DNA of 64,000 bases from Planctomycetota bacterium (GTDB taxonomy: Bacteria > Planctomycetota > UBA8108 > SXIK01): assembly GCA_965223845.1 (NCBI GenBank), contig CBDCXR010000004.1, forward strand, positions 5,088,001 to 5,152,000, read 5' to 3'. The notes under the pieces are model-generated. The model had not been told where the DNA came from. It ran no database searches and worked only from the letters and a program-made list of their open reading frames with translations. How positions within the stretch are numbered: position 1 is the first letter of the stretch; every line of letters starts with the position of its first letter. The position numbers and the translations under genes are program-made. This document shows, piece after piece, positions 19,130 to 29,783 of the stretch.

Positions 19130-21031
19130 ATGGAGCGCACATCGCTCTCGTTCGCGTTGCTGGCCATCGCCGGCATCGTCTCGTTCGGCGGAGTCGGCGT
19201 CGAGCCGCTCGCCGCGGATGACACCGTTCAAGATTTCAACGCCACCTTTTTCGCCCCACCCGAGGCGCAGCGGTTTCGACTCGACCAGTTCGGGAGCGAT
19301 CCGGCGCCGTCGGTCGATCCCGACGGCTGGGATGATAACTTCCTCCGCATCACCGAGGCGGTGAACAGTCAGCTCAACGTCGTCGCGTTCAATCAAGTTC
19401 ATTCCGGAGAGTACGACCAGCTTCTCATCGAGCTCGAGTTCCGCATCGACAACGGTCCGGGGGGTGCCGACGGCATCGCGGTCGCCTACCTCAATTCCGA
19501 GTTCTACGGTTCGACCACCGGCGATCCGACGCCGAGCATCTCCGAAGAACCGAATCTCTCCGGGTCGTTCGGAGTCGGCTTCGACACGTTCAACAACGCG
19601 GGTTTGGACGAGCCGGACATCAACGCGAGTGAACCCAACTCGGTCTCCGTTCATTTCGATGGTGCGATCGTGGTGAGCGAGCCGATCGACGCTCTCGAGC
19701 TCTCCTTGTTCGAGACTGCCGACCCGGCATCGGTTATGTCGGCGGCGATTCTCGTTTCACCGAGCGGAGGAGACTCCGACGTGACGATCGTCGTCACCAA
19801 CACCGACACCGGCGATACGCTCTCACTCGAAGTCTTTGTTCCCGGTCTTACGCCGTACGACGGCCGACTCGCGATCGGAGCACGGACCGGCGGAGCCAAC
19901 GCGAATCAAGACGTCGACAACATCGTCGTCACCGTCAGCGACGGCGACATCCAAACTGTCGTCCTCGAAGAAGACTTCGAGGACGAGGTAGATCCAGTCG
20001 AGCCACAGCTCCCCGAACCGACCGGCGGGACGGGATACCAGCTTCTCCACCTCGGGAGCAATCCCGCGCCGCAAATCTCGAGCGATCTCCCGGCCCCTGA
20101 AGAGGAAGAGGTCCGCGACGGATTCCTTCGCCTCACGCACGAAGTGGGATCGCAAGCCGGGCTCATCGTCTTCGATGTCACCTCGGATGAGACCGACGAG
20201 ATCACCGCGAATTTTCTCCTTCGCGGCTCGACGATCGAAGGGAGCAATCGCGCGGACGGAGCGTCATTCCTCCTTCTCGACACCGAGGTGTACGGCGAAG
20301 ACGAGGTTTTTTGGGACGGTTTCCGCATCTTTGAGGAGCCGAACCTCGTCGGCGCCTTTGGCGTGGGTTTCGATACGTTCAACAACAACGGCGGCGGCGA
20401 CGGTGTCGAAACCCCGGAACCGAACATCGGAAACCACGTCTCGCTCCATTGGAACGGCGAGCTCGTCGCCGTCGAGCGCTTCGACCGCGAGGACATCGAC
20501 CTCGTAGCGAACGAGTTTCACGAGGTGAGGGTCGCGCTTCTCGACGAGGGAGGGAGCTTTACCGTCTCCGTGTCGATCGTCGACGGCGCCGACGGATCGG
20601 AGCACACGCCGTTCGAGGATGTGCTCATCGAAGGGATGGCATTCAACGGCTCGCCTCGCGTCGCCTTCGGCGCGCGAACGGGTGGCGCGTTCGATCGCTA
20701 CGATATCGACGAGGTGAATGTCGTCTTCCCGGGCGGCGGCGGCGGCGGGACTCAGTTCCGGCGCGGAGAGTGCAACGGCGATCGAGCGGTCAACATCGCG
20801 GACGCGATCTTTCTCCTCAACTCGCTCTTCGGCGACGGAGCAGCTCCGCAGTGCACGGCCGCCGCGAACGTCAATCTCGACGGAGCGGTGAACATCGCCG
20901 ACGCGATCTATCTCCTCAATCACCTCTTCGGCGATGGCAACGAGCCGCCAGCGCCGTTCCCGAACTGCGGACCAGGAGGAGCGATCGACGAGACGCTCGG
21001 GTGTGAGACGACGTCGCCGGATTGCGCTTAG
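19130..21031 (+). CDS. Secreted protein with two L-type (legume/ConA-like) lectin domains and C-terminal dockerin
   Basis: SD GGAGGAAGG; signal peptide; duplicated motifs ADGIAV/ADGASF, FGVGFDTFNN (x2), GARTGG (x2); G6 linker, then FRRGECNGDRAVNIADAIFLL dockerin (about 20756-21028). Confidence 0.85.
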   Translation: MERTSLSFALLAIAGIVSFGGVGVEPLAADDTVQDFNATFFAPPEAQRFRLDQFGSDPAPSVDPDGWDDNFLRITEAVNSQLNVVAFNQVHSGEYDQLLIELEFRIDNGPGGADGIAVAYLNSEFYGSTTGDPTPSISEEPNLSGSFGVGFDTFNNAGLDEPDINASEPNSVSVHFDGAIVVSEPIDALELSLFETADPASVMSAAILVSPSGGDSDVTIVVTNTDTGDTLSLEVFVPGLTPYDGRLAIGARTGGANANQDVDNIVVTVSDGDIQTVVLEEDFEDEVDPVEPQLPEPTGGTGYQLLHLGSNPAPQISSDLPAPEEEEVRDGFLRLTHEVGSQAGLIVFDVTSDETDEITANFLLRGSTIEGSNRADGASFLLLDTEVYGEDEVFWDGFRIFEEPNLVGAFGVGFDTFNNNGGGDGVETPEPNIGNHVSLHWNGELVAVERFDREDIDLVANEFHEVRVALLDEGGSFTVSVSIVDGADGSEHTPFEDVLIEGMAFNGSPRVAFGARTGGAFDRYDIDEVNVVFPGGGGGGTQFRRGECNGDRAVNIADAIFLLNSLFGDGAAPQCTAAANVNLDGAVNIADAIYLLNHLFGDGNEPPAPFPNCGPGGAIDETLGCETTSPDCA

Positions 21032-21140
21032 GATCGCGAGTTCTCACCAGGTTCGCGTGCATCGCCCCGCTCACCGAATCTGGTGAGGACTCCCAACTGG
21101 AGGTCGTGCGAAGGATCTCCAAGGGCAGCGGAGTCGCTTC

Positions 21141-24100
21141 ATGGCTGTTCGATTCGTCGCTATTCTCGTCGGCTTTGGTTTCCTATCGCCGATCGTTCCG
21201 CTCGCAGCGCAACCGGTGGAACTCACCGTCGAGCTCGGTGAAGACGGCGCCGATCTCGCATACGATGCCGCGCGCGACCGCATCTACGTCAGCCTTCCCG
21301 GTGCGAACGAGATCGCGGTTGTTTCTCTCGCGACCCTAGATGTCGTCGACCGCATCGCCGTCGGATCGGATCCGCGCGGCATCGGCCTCAGTCCGGACGG
21401 AGCTCGGCTCTTCGTCGCCCTCAGCGGAGGCCGGAGCGTCGCGGTCGTCGACCTTGAAACGAAGATCGCCGAAGAGGTCGAGATCGATCCCGAGCTTCTC
21501 GGTGGGACTGCGTTCGACGTGGCCGCGCCGTCGGGCGGTCAGGTGTTCGTCTCCGCGTCCGGCGGATTCTCGTGGATCGTCCTCGTCGAGATCGACGAAG
21601 AAGGATTCCCGGCGCGACGCGTTGCGAGCGATTTCATCATCCGCTGCAATCCGACGTTCGCCGAGGATCCGAGCGGCGCAGCTCTCTTCGTCGGCGAGTG
21701 TTTCAGCCCGAATTCCCTCTACAAGCTCGACCTGCCGGATGCGGACGCGCCCGTCGTCGCCGAGGACGACCACGGGTCGGTGAGCGGAACACAGCGGGCT
21801 GCCGTCAGTCCCGACGGCGCGCTCGTCGTCATCGGTTCGGGTCAAATCCTCAGCGCGGAGACCTTGCTCGAGGTGGGCCGCATCGCGCCGGGACTCCCGG
21901 CCTTCGGTGACGCGTCGGATACGGTCCACATGGCGCTCCCGGGAGGAGTCGTCGAAACTTACTCGATCGAAACGGAAGAAAAGACCGGAGAGGTCATGCT
22001 CCCCTGCGAGCTGCCATCGGTCGATCGGTTCGTCGTGCTCCCGAGTGACTCGGGAATGGTGGTATTGTCGCGCGACGTCCTCTGCGGACTCGTCACCCCC
22101 CCGGAATGCACCGAGCCGCCTCCAGCTCCGACCGCTCCCGAGCCGAGCGTCGATGCGGAACTCGATCTCTTCGGACGGGTTGAGCTCTCCTGGCGGAATG
22201 TCGGTGGAACCTGCCCCAATTCCTTCGACGTTCGATTCGGAACGGAAAACCCTTCGACCGAGCTCGCTTGCACGGACCTTCGAGGTACGTTCTGCTCGGT
22301 GACCGAGCTCGAGCGCGACACGACGTACTACTGGCAGGTCGTCGTGCGGAACGATCTCGGCGCGACCGAGGGTCCCGTTTGGTCGTTCACGACGAGTGAC
22401 TTCGACGCGAGCGCTCTCAGTGATGTCGAGGTTCACTTGGGCGCCCGACCCACGGACACCGCGTTCGACGCGGAGCGTCGCCGGATCTATCTCAGCCTGC
22501 CGAACCTCAACGAAGTCGCGGTGGTTTCGATCGATTCGTGGGAGGTCATCGATCGTTTCACCTTCGGCGCCTCGCCCCAGGGAATCGACCTCAGCGCCGA
22601 CGGGTCGACGCTCTACGTCGCGACGAGCGAGAACGTGTCGGTCGTACTCTTCGATCTCGAAACCGGCGGCCGCGCCGCGGTCGGACTCGCGCCGGAGATC
22701 GGAAATGGTGGTGCGTACGATGTCGTCGAGGGCGCTCCGCGCGAGCTCTACGTCTCCGCCAATCCGGGTAGCTCGGGATTCGCGTGGATCGTCAAGGTCG
22801 ACCTCGACGGCGGAAACTCCGTAACCCGCGTCGCCAACGAAACCATCATTCGCTGCAATCCGCGTCTCGCCGTGAGTCCCGATCGCACGAATCTCTACGT
22901 CGGAGAGTGTTTCAGCCCGAACTCGCTCTACCGTCTCGACCTCACGCAGCCGGACGCACCGATCGTCGCCGAAGACTCTCACGGCGAGGTGGGCGGAACT
23001 TCGCACCTCGAGATCAGTCCCGACGGCGAGAGGATCTTCCTCTCGGGCGGTCAGGTGGTTCGTGCCGGTTCGGTCAATCCAGTAGGACGCGTCGAGGGCA
23101 TCTACCCGCGCTTCGGCGATCGAGGAGACGTCGTTTTCGGCCTATCTGATCCGAGCTCGATCGCCGTCTTCGAAACGCGGGGCTTCGAAGAGGTGCACCG
23201 GTTCGACATTCCGTGTCGCGTGCGCGACGTGCGGTCGTTCGTCGTTCTCCCCGACAGCGAAGGCTGGCTTGCGGTCTTCGACGATCGACTCTGCGGCGTT
23301 GCGCCGACGATCGAGTGCACCTCGCCGCCACCGGCGTCAGCCTCCCCTCAGCCGCCGGACGGAACGGAGGACGCGCTCTTCGGGTCGACGCTTCTCGCGT
23401 GGTCGAACGAAGGGTCGAGTTGCCCGAACGAATACGACGTTCTCTTCGGAACGGCAAATCCGCCCGAAGATCTCTTCTGCACCGGACTCAGCGAGTCGCG
23501 CTGCGTGGTGGACGACCTCACGGTCGGCGAGACGTACTACTGGCAGGTCATAGCGCGGAACGCCTCCGGCGAAACGGCCGGATCGATTTGGTCGTTCACA
23601 GCGAGTCCGGGGCCACCCGACGCGAACTTCGGCGTCGAGCTCGACCTTCTGGGTCTCGCGGGCGACAGCGTTCTCGACTCGGTGCGCGAGCTCGTCTACG
23701 TGAGCCTCCCCGAACGAAGTGAGATCGCGATCGTCTCGCTCCGAGCCGCTGCGATCGTCGATCGCGTTCCTCTCGGCGGGGGTCCGCGTGGTCTCGATCT
23801 CTCAGCGGATGGGAGCCGGTTGTTCGTCGCGCTCAGCCACACCGCCGCCATCGCAATCGTCGACACCGAAACGCGCGAAGCGGAAGAAATCGACATCTCC
23901 GCGGCGATCGGCGGCACCGCGTTCGATGTCGCCGTCGGGATGGACGGCCGAGTGTTCGTCTCCGGCGAAGGCCTCGGTGTCGTCGATCCGGGCGCGGGGA
24001 ACGCAGTCGCGCCGCTCGGCGACCACTCCGAGATCGCCTGCGAGCCGCAACTCGTCGCGAGTGCACACGGCCCGTTCCTCTACGTGAGCGGATGCTCGGG

Positions 24101-27100
24101 GGGCGATGCGCTCCTCAAAATCGATGTCTCCCAGGCGAACGCACCGATCGTTGCAAGTGCACCGCCCGCCGATTTCCGCGCGGGTTCGCAGATTTTTCTC
24201 GACCCGAGAGAGACCGTTCTCTCGCTTCCGAGCGGTGCGATCTTCGACGCCGATACGCTCGAGCCGGCGGCGCGGATCGGCGCTGGGATTCCCGCGTACG
24301 ACGAAGACGTCATCTACGTCGCGGCGGCACCGAATCGACTCGAGATCTATGATCGGGCGACATTCCTCCGCGTCGACACGATGACACTCCCCTGCGTGTT
24401 CCAGTCGGCGGGCCAAACCGTCCTCGTCCCGGACGGCCGCGGGTGGATCGTCGTCGGCGAAGACATCGCGTGCGGATACTTCACTGCGCTCGAGTGCGAT
24501 GGCCCTCCTCCGGAGACGCTCATGGAGCCCTCGCCGGAATCCGAAGCGGAAATCGAAGGTGCCGGAGTCGTCGCGTTGTCGTGGACGCACGCGCTCACCG
24601 ATTGTCCGAGTGAATACGGAGTCCTCGTCGGAACGGAGAGCCCGCCCACTGAGCTCCGCTGCGAGAACCTGCGGGAGACCCGCTGCTTCATCGACGACCT
24701 CGAACCCGGCGTCACGTACTACTGGCAGGTCGTCGCGACGAACCCAGAGGGCGAAACCCGTGGGCCCGTGTGGTCGTTCAGCACCATCGCGGTCGACCCG
24801 CGCACGATTCTCGACCTCGTCCTCGTTCTCGACAGCGTCGCTGCCGACCTCGAGCTCGATCCGGGACGGAGGCAGGCCTATGTAAGCGTGCCGGCGGCGC
24901 GAGAGATTCTCGTCGTCTCGACCGTCAGCTTCGCCGTCGTCGATCGCATCGAGTTACCCTTTCAACCGGCCGGCCTCGACCTCGCGACCAGCGGCGACGC
25001 GCTGTTTGCGGCCGTCGCCGACGCCGGTGCCGTCGCGAGGATCGATCTCGAAACCGGCGAATCGACCGAGTGGGACGTGGCGACGGAACTCGACGCGGAC
25101 GCCGCGTTCGACGTCATCGAAAGCGCCCCGGGTGAGCTCGTCGTCTCACCAGCCCCCGTCGGCCGCTCGGCTCGATTCGCGTGGGTCGACACGGCTTCCG
25201 GATCGACACGCACCGCCGCTTCCGCCCGCCTCGTTCGCTGCGGCGCCACGTTCACGATGGATCCGTCGGGAGAGTTCGCCTGGGCCGGCGAGTGCACGCA
25301 GCTCCACAAGCTCGATCTGACACAAGAGGGAGCTCCCGTCGCGGCGGACTCTCCGAGCCAAGCGATCGCGCCGGCCGACCGCATCGCAGTCAGTCCCGAC
25401 GGAGACCGCCTCTATCTCACGACGGGACAGGTGCTGCGGTCCGCCTCGTACCGACAAGCCGGACTGGTAGCTCCGGGAGTCGTTGCCGTCGCGCCGGAGG
25501 GAGACGCGGTCTACGTGGCTGAGACGCCGGCGACGATCGGCATCTACGACGCGAAGTTGCTCGTCCGCGTGGGAGAGATCTCACTCCCGTGTGAGTTTCG
25601 GCGGATCGAGCGAGTCGCGGCGCTTCCTGGAGAACGCGGGTGGATCGTTCTCGGCGATGATCTTCTCTGCGGAGTCGTCAGGCAGAATTCTTGTGCGGAC
25701 GCACCGCCGGCGAGCGCCCCGGTCGTCCCCGCGGACGGCGGCGCGCTCGCGCTGCCATCGGCGAACGGACTCGAGTGGCGCAATCCGGGTGCTGGTTGTC
25801 CGACGGATTTCGACGTGTACCTCGACACTGTCGATCCGCCCGAGACGCTCCTCTGCGAGAACATCGCCGAACCGACATGCGACCCAGGCGAACTCGCGAT
25901 CGATACGACGTATTACTGGCGCGTCGTCGCGCGAAACGACTCCGGCGAGACGGCGAGCCCAGTCTGGTCGTTTACGACGCGTGAGGGCGTCGAGCCCGTT
26001 TTCTCCACCGTCGATATCGAGCTCGACGCCGTCGCGAGCGACCTCGCGTACTGTCCGATGCGTCATGCCGCGTTCGTCTCTACGCCATCGACGAACGAAG
26101 TCGTGATGATCTCGCTTGCCAGTCAGCAGATCGTCGATCGCTTCCACGTCGGTTCGGCACCCGCGAACATCGATTTGAGCAGCGACGGGACGCGACTCTT
26201 CGCGGCCCTCTCCCGTGCGGGGGCCATTGCGATCCTCGACATCGATTCGGGCAACGTCTCGGAAATCGAAGTCGCCGACGTCCTCGGCGACTCACGCGTT
26301 TTCGACGTCGCAGAAGCCGTTCCCGATCGCGTGTTCGTCTCGGCCGCGCCCGGCAGCAACGGGACGTCGACAATCGGCATCGTACGGCTCGACCGCGCCA
26401 ACGAAGTCGTACAAGCAGCGGGCGGGAGGATCATTCGCTGCTCCCCCACCTTCGCGAAGGATCCTCATCGGCGCTCTCTCTACGTCGGCGAGTGTTTCAG
26501 TCCGAACTCGCTCTACAAGCTCGACGTCACCCAGGACACCGCGCCGATCGTGCTCGAAGATCGCCACGGAAGCGTGTCCGGCACTTCGCATCTCGCCGTG
26601 AGTCCCGACGGCTCGCGCGTCTATCTCGCCGGAGGGCAGGTCGTTCGCAGTGGCTCGTTCAATACGGACGGCCGCGTCGGCGCGGGGATCCACGCGTTCG
26701 GCGAGAGCGGTCGAACCGTTTACATCGCTCGCGCGCCCGGTGTCGTCGACCTCTACGATACGGCGACGTACGAAAAAACGGGCGAGTTCGATCTGCCGTG
26801 CACGGTCGAACGCGTCCAGCGCTTTATCGTGCTTCCGAGCGGGAGCGGCTGGCTCGCACTCGCAGACGACCTGGTCTGCGGTCTTCTCCTCGAAACCGAG
26901 TGTACCGAGAGCCCGAGCCCTCCGGCCAAACCGGTCCCCGCGAGCGGCGAGACAGTGGCGGATTCGAGCGGCGTCGTCGCTCGGTGGGAATCAGGTGATC
27001 CGACCTGCGTCACAACGTTCGACGTCCTTCTCGGGACGGAGGATCCTCCGACGGAAGTCGTGTGCGAGAACATACGCGAATCTCGCTGCCGGTTCGATTC

Positions 27101-29666
27101 GATCGTTCCGGATACGCGGTATTTCTGGCGCGCCATCGCGCGAAACAGTCAAGGCGAGACGGCGGGGCCAGTCTGGTCGTTCCGCACTCCGGCGGAAGTC
27201 ATCGACGAATCGATCAATCTCCACTACGACGTCGGCTCCGGCGCGGGCGACCTCGAGTACGACGAGCCGCGGAACGTCGTCTACCTCAGTGTTCCGCAGG
27301 ACGGAGAAGTCCTCGTTCTCGAAGTCGGGACGCTCCGAATTACCGAACGCTTCGACGTTGGACGCGCCCCCCGTGCGCTCGCGCTTTCGATCGATGGCTC
27401 GACGCTCTTCGTCGGTCTCTCGAGTCCACCGACGGTCGTCGCCATCGACCTCGAAACTCGGGAAGCGAGCCCGATCGACGTCAGCGACGTGGTGGAGGAT
27501 CGTGTCACCGACGTCCTCGAAGCGAGACCCGGGGAGTTGTTCGTCGCAGGGACCGGAATCGCCCGTGTACGCCTCGACGAAGGAAACACCGTCGAGGCGA
27601 CCGCGGCCGGGCGGTTCATCCGATGCAGCCCCGTGCTCAAAGTGAGCCCGGACCGCGACTTCCTCTACATCGGCGAGTGCTTCAGTCCGAACTCCCTCTA
27701 CAAGGTCGATCTCAACGCCGAGGGGGCGCCGATCGTGCTCGAGGATCGTCACGGCTCGGTGAGTGGCACGGATCAACTCGCCGTGAGCCCGGACGGTCGA
27801 CGCATCTACCTGACGAGCGGTCAGGTGCTCCGCACGTCATCGTTCAACGAAGCCGGTCGCATCGGATCGGGGATTCACGAGTTCGGCTCAACGGACGAGA
27901 TCGTCTACGCGGCCAGGCCGCCCGGAACGATCGACTTCTATGACACGAGCACCTTCCTCCGAGTCGGCGGAATCGACCTCGAGTGCGAGCTGAGCGTCGT
28001 TCGGCGTCTCGTCATTCTTCCCGATAGTCGCGGTTGGATTCTCCTCGGCGACGAGCGGGTGTGCGCACGCCTTTCGCGGCCGGAGTGCGCCGGCCTGCCG
28101 ATCGATCCGAGCGATCCGAGCCCGAGCGCCGGAGCGGACGGCATTCGCGCGACGCGCGCGATGCTCTCGTGGAACAGTCCGAGCTCCGGTTGTCCGCAGA
28201 CGTTCGAAGTGCGGTTCGGGACGTCGAACCCGCCGGCGGAAGTTCTGTGCCGCGAACTGACCGACGCGAGATGTGCTGTCGATGACCTCGCGCCCGACAC
28301 CGAGTACTTCTGGCAGGTCGTCGGGCGAAATGCCGAAGGAGAGACGGTCGGTCCCGTCTGGTCGTTCCGGACGGATCTCTGCGGAACTCCGCCACTCGAA
28401 GAGGTGAACGTGGCGCTCGGCGCCGACGGGCACGACCTCGAGTACGATCGAACGGGCGGGACCATCTACGTGAGTCTTCCGTCACGAGACGAAGTCGCGA
28501 TCGTTTCTGCGCGCACGCTGGAAGTCGTCGACCGGATCGAGGTCGGCCCGGAGCCGCGCGGGATCGATCTCGCGAGCGACGGAGAGACACTCTACGTCGC
28601 GAACAACGGTGAGCGGACGATTTCGATTGTCGATCTCGCGACGGGCGACGCGGAAAAGATCGATCTCGACGAGTCACTCGGCGACGGTGGCGCGTTCGAC
28701 ATCGCAGAGGGCGCGCCGGGTGTCCTCTTCGTCTCGGCGAATCCAGGTTCAACCGGTCTCGCGTACATCGTCAAGGTCGATCTAAATAGCGACGGTGATC
28801 CGGTGCGAGTCGCCGGGAATCGCATCGTCCGCTGTGATCCCGTGCTCGAAGTCGATCCCGCGCGGCGGTTTCTCTACATCGGAGAGTGCTTCAGCCCGAA
28901 CTCACTCCTCAAGCTGGATCTCGAGGATCCCGAGGTTCGCGTGATCGCCGAGGACGATCACGGGGAGGTGAGTGGCACCGGACGGATCGCCATCAGCCCG
29001 GATGGATCACAAATCATCATCGGCTCAGGACAGGTGCTCGCGACGCGATCCATGCGCGAAATCGGCCGCGTGGCTCGCGGGGTCCACACGTTCGGCGACT
29101 TCGCCGGCGAAATCGTCGCCGGGTCGGCGGAATCGGGTCGCATCGAATTCTACGATCGCGAGAGCTTCGAAAGGCTCGATCGAGTCCCCTTCCCCTGTGC
29201 TCTCGACCGCGCGCGGCGTCTCATCGCACTTCCGGGCGACGACGGGTGGCTCGCGCTCGAAGGAGATCGCCTCTGCGGACTCGCCGCGGCAGCACCGGTC
29301 GATTGCAACGAAAACGGGATCCGGGACGACTGCGACATCGAACGAGGCGCGAGCACCGACCTCGACGAGAGCGGAATTCCCGATGAGTGCGAAGCGCCGC
29401 GCTTCATCCGTGGCGAGGCCGACGGCATGGACGGAGTATCGCTCGGCGATGCGATCGCGATCCTCGACTACCTCTTCTCGCACATGCGGCCGTTCGCGTG
29501 CGTCGCGGCCGCAGACGTGAACGATAGCGGGCGCGTCGACCTCATCGATCCGGTGACGATTCTGCACTATCTCTTTATGAGCGGACGCGAGCCGTGGGCG
29601 CCCTACCCCGATTGCGGCGAGGATCCGACGCCCGACACGCTCGCGTGTGAGACGGGTTGTGAGTGA
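21141..29666 (+). CDS. Giant secreted protein: 7 YVTN/YncE-like beta-propellers alternating with 6 FN3-like domains, Ca-binding DCNxNG repeat, C-terminal dockerin
   Basis: Signal peptide; about 400-aa period; PRGIDLSxDGxRLFVA blades; six (T/E/R)Y(Y/F)W(Q/R)..RN..G(P/S)(V/I)WSF-type modules; DCNENGIRDDCD..DESGIPDECE; FIRGEADG dockerin (about 29403-29663). Confidence 0.85.
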   Translation: MAVRFVAILVGFGFLSPIVPLAAQPVELTVELGEDGADLAYDAARDRIYVSLPGANEIAVVSLATLDVVDRIAVGSDPRGIGLSPDGARLFVALSGGRSVAVVDLETKIAEEVEIDPELLGGTAFDVAAPSGGQVFVSASGGFSWIVLVEIDEEGFPARRVASDFIIRCNPTFAEDPSGAALFVGECFSPNSLYKLDLPDADAPVVAEDDHGSVSGTQRAAVSPDGALVVIGSGQILSAETLLEVGRIAPGLPAFGDASDTVHMALPGGVVETYSIETEEKTGEVMLPCELPSVDRFVVLPSDSGMVVLSRDVLCGLVTPPECTEPPPAPTAPEPSVDAELDLFGRVELSWRNVGGTCPNSFDVRFGTENPSTELACTDLRGTFCSVTELERDTTYYWQVVVRNDLGATEGPVWSFTTSDFDASALSDVEVHLGARPTDTAFDAERRRIYLSLPNLNEVAVVSIDSWEVIDRFTFGASPQGIDLSADGSTLYVATSENVSVVLFDLETGGRAAVGLAPEIGNGGAYDVVEGAPRELYVSANPGSSGFAWIVKVDLDGGNSVTRVANETIIRCNPRLAVSPDRTNLYVGECFSPNSLYRLDLTQPDAPIVAEDSHGEVGGTSHLEISPDGERIFLSGGQVVRAGSVNPVGRVEGIYPRFGDRGDVVFGLSDPSSIAVFETRGFEEVHRFDIPCRVRDVRSFVVLPDSEGWLAVFDDRLCGVAPTIECTSPPPASASPQPPDGTEDALFGSTLLAWSNEGSSCPNEYDVLFGTANPPEDLFCTGLSESRCVVDDLTVGETYYWQVIARNASGETAGSIWSFTASPGPPDANFGVELDLLGLAGDSVLDSVRELVYVSLPERSEIAIVSLRAAAIVDRVPLGGGPRGLDLSADGSRLFVALSHTAAIAIVDTETREAEEIDISAAIGGTAFDVAVGMDGRVFVSGEGLGVVDPGAGNAVAPLGDHSEIACEPQLVASAHGPFLYVSGCSGGDALLKIDVSQANAPIVASAPPADFRAGSQIFLDPRETVLSLPSGAIFDADTLEPAARIGAGIPAYDEDVIYVAAAPNRLEIYDRATFLRVDTMTLPCVFQSAGQTVLVPDGRGWIVVGEDIACGYFTALECDGPPPETLMEPSPESEAEIEGAGVVALSWTHALTDCPSEYGVLVGTESPPTELRCENLRETRCFIDDLEPGVTYYWQVVATNPEGETRGPVWSFSTIAVDPRTILDLVLVLDSVAADLELDPGRRQAYVSVPAAREILVVSTVSFAVVDRIELPFQPAGLDLATSGDALFAAVADAGAVARIDLETGESTEWDVATELDADAAFDVIESAPGELVVSPAPVGRSARFAWVDTASGSTRTAASARLVRCGATFTMDPSGEFAWAGECTQLHKLDLTQEGAPVAADSPSQAIAPADRIAVSPDGDRLYLTTGQVLRSASYRQAGLVAPGVVAVAPEGDAVYVAETPATIGIYDAKLLVRVGEISLPCEFRRIERVAALPGERGWIVLGDDLLCGVVRQNSCADAPPASAPVVPADGGALALPSANGLEWRNPGAGCPTDFDVYLDTVDPPETLLCENIAEPTCDPGELAIDTTYYWRVVARNDSGETASPVWSFTTREGVEPVFSTVDIELDAVASDLAYCPMRHAAFVSTPSTNEVVMISLASQQIVDRFHVGSAPANIDLSSDGTRLFAALSRAGAIAILDIDSGNVSEIEVADVLGDSRVFDVAEAVPDRVFVSAAPGSNGTSTIGIVRLDRANEVVQAAGGRIIRCSPTFAKDPHRRSLYVGECFSPNSLYKLDVTQDTAPIVLEDRHGSVSGTSHLAVSPDGSRVYLAGGQVVRSGSFNTDGRVGAGIHAFGESGRTVYIARAPGVVDLYDTATYEKTGEFDLPCTVERVQRFIVLPSGSGWLALADDLVCGLLLETECTESPSPPAKPVPASGETVADSSGVVARWESGDPTCVTTFDVLLGTEDPPTEVVCENIRESRCRFDSIVPDTRYFWRAIARNSQGETAGPVWSFRTPAEVIDESINLHYDVGSGAGDLEYDEPRNVVYLSVPQDGEVLVLEVGTLRITERFDVGRAPRALALSIDGSTLFVGLSSPPTVVAIDLETREASPIDVSDVVEDRVTDVLEARPGELFVAGTGIARVRLDEGNTVEATAAGRFIRCSPVLKVSPDRDFLYIGECFSPNSLYKVDLNAEGAPIVLEDRHGSVSGTDQLAVSPDGRRIYLTSGQVLRTSSFNEAGRIGSGIHEFGSTDEIVYAARPPGTIDFYDTSTFLRVGGIDLECELSVVRRLVILPDSRGWILLGDERVCARLSRPECAGLPIDPSDPSPSAGADGIRATRAMLSWNSPSSGCPQTFEVRFGTSNPPAEVLCRELTDARCAVDDLAPDTEYFWQVVGRNAEGETVGPVWSFRTDLCGTPPLEEVNVALGADGHDLEYDRTGGTIYVSLPSRDEVAIVSARTLEVVDRIEVGPEPRGIDLASDGETLYVANNGERTISIVDLATGDAEKIDLDESLGDGGAFDIAEGAPGVLFVSANPGSTGLAYIVKVDLNSDGDPVRVAGNRIVRCDPVLEVDPARRFLYIGECFSPNSLLKLDLEDPEVRVIAEDDHGEVSGTGRIAISPDGSQIIIGSGQVLATRSMREIGRVARGVHTFGDFAGEIVAGSAESGRIEFYDRESFERLDRVPFPCALDRARRLIALPGDDGWLALEGDRLCGLAAAAPVDCNENGIRDDCDIERGASTDLDESGIPDECEAPRFIRGEADGMDGVSLGDAIAILDYLFSHMRPFACVAAADVNDSGRVDLIDPVTILHYLFMSGREPWAPYPDCGEDPTPDTLACETGCE

Positions 29667-29783
29667 GAGGCATCTCGCGCCAATTCTGCTCCGAGCCGGG
29701 CGACCCGAAGGACATCGAAGACCCTGAGCGCGCAGTCGACAATCGCCCCTCCAGCTCGCCGCCCGCGAAACCGGCGCTCGGAA

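Noticed and set aside
21141-29666. Recurring near-identical DNA (GGCGAGTGTTTCAGCCCGAA..) as a possible CRISPR-like array
   Set aside because: Spacing is about 1.2 kb or multiples of it, and the copies encode the GECFSPNS protein motif; no cas genes are present.
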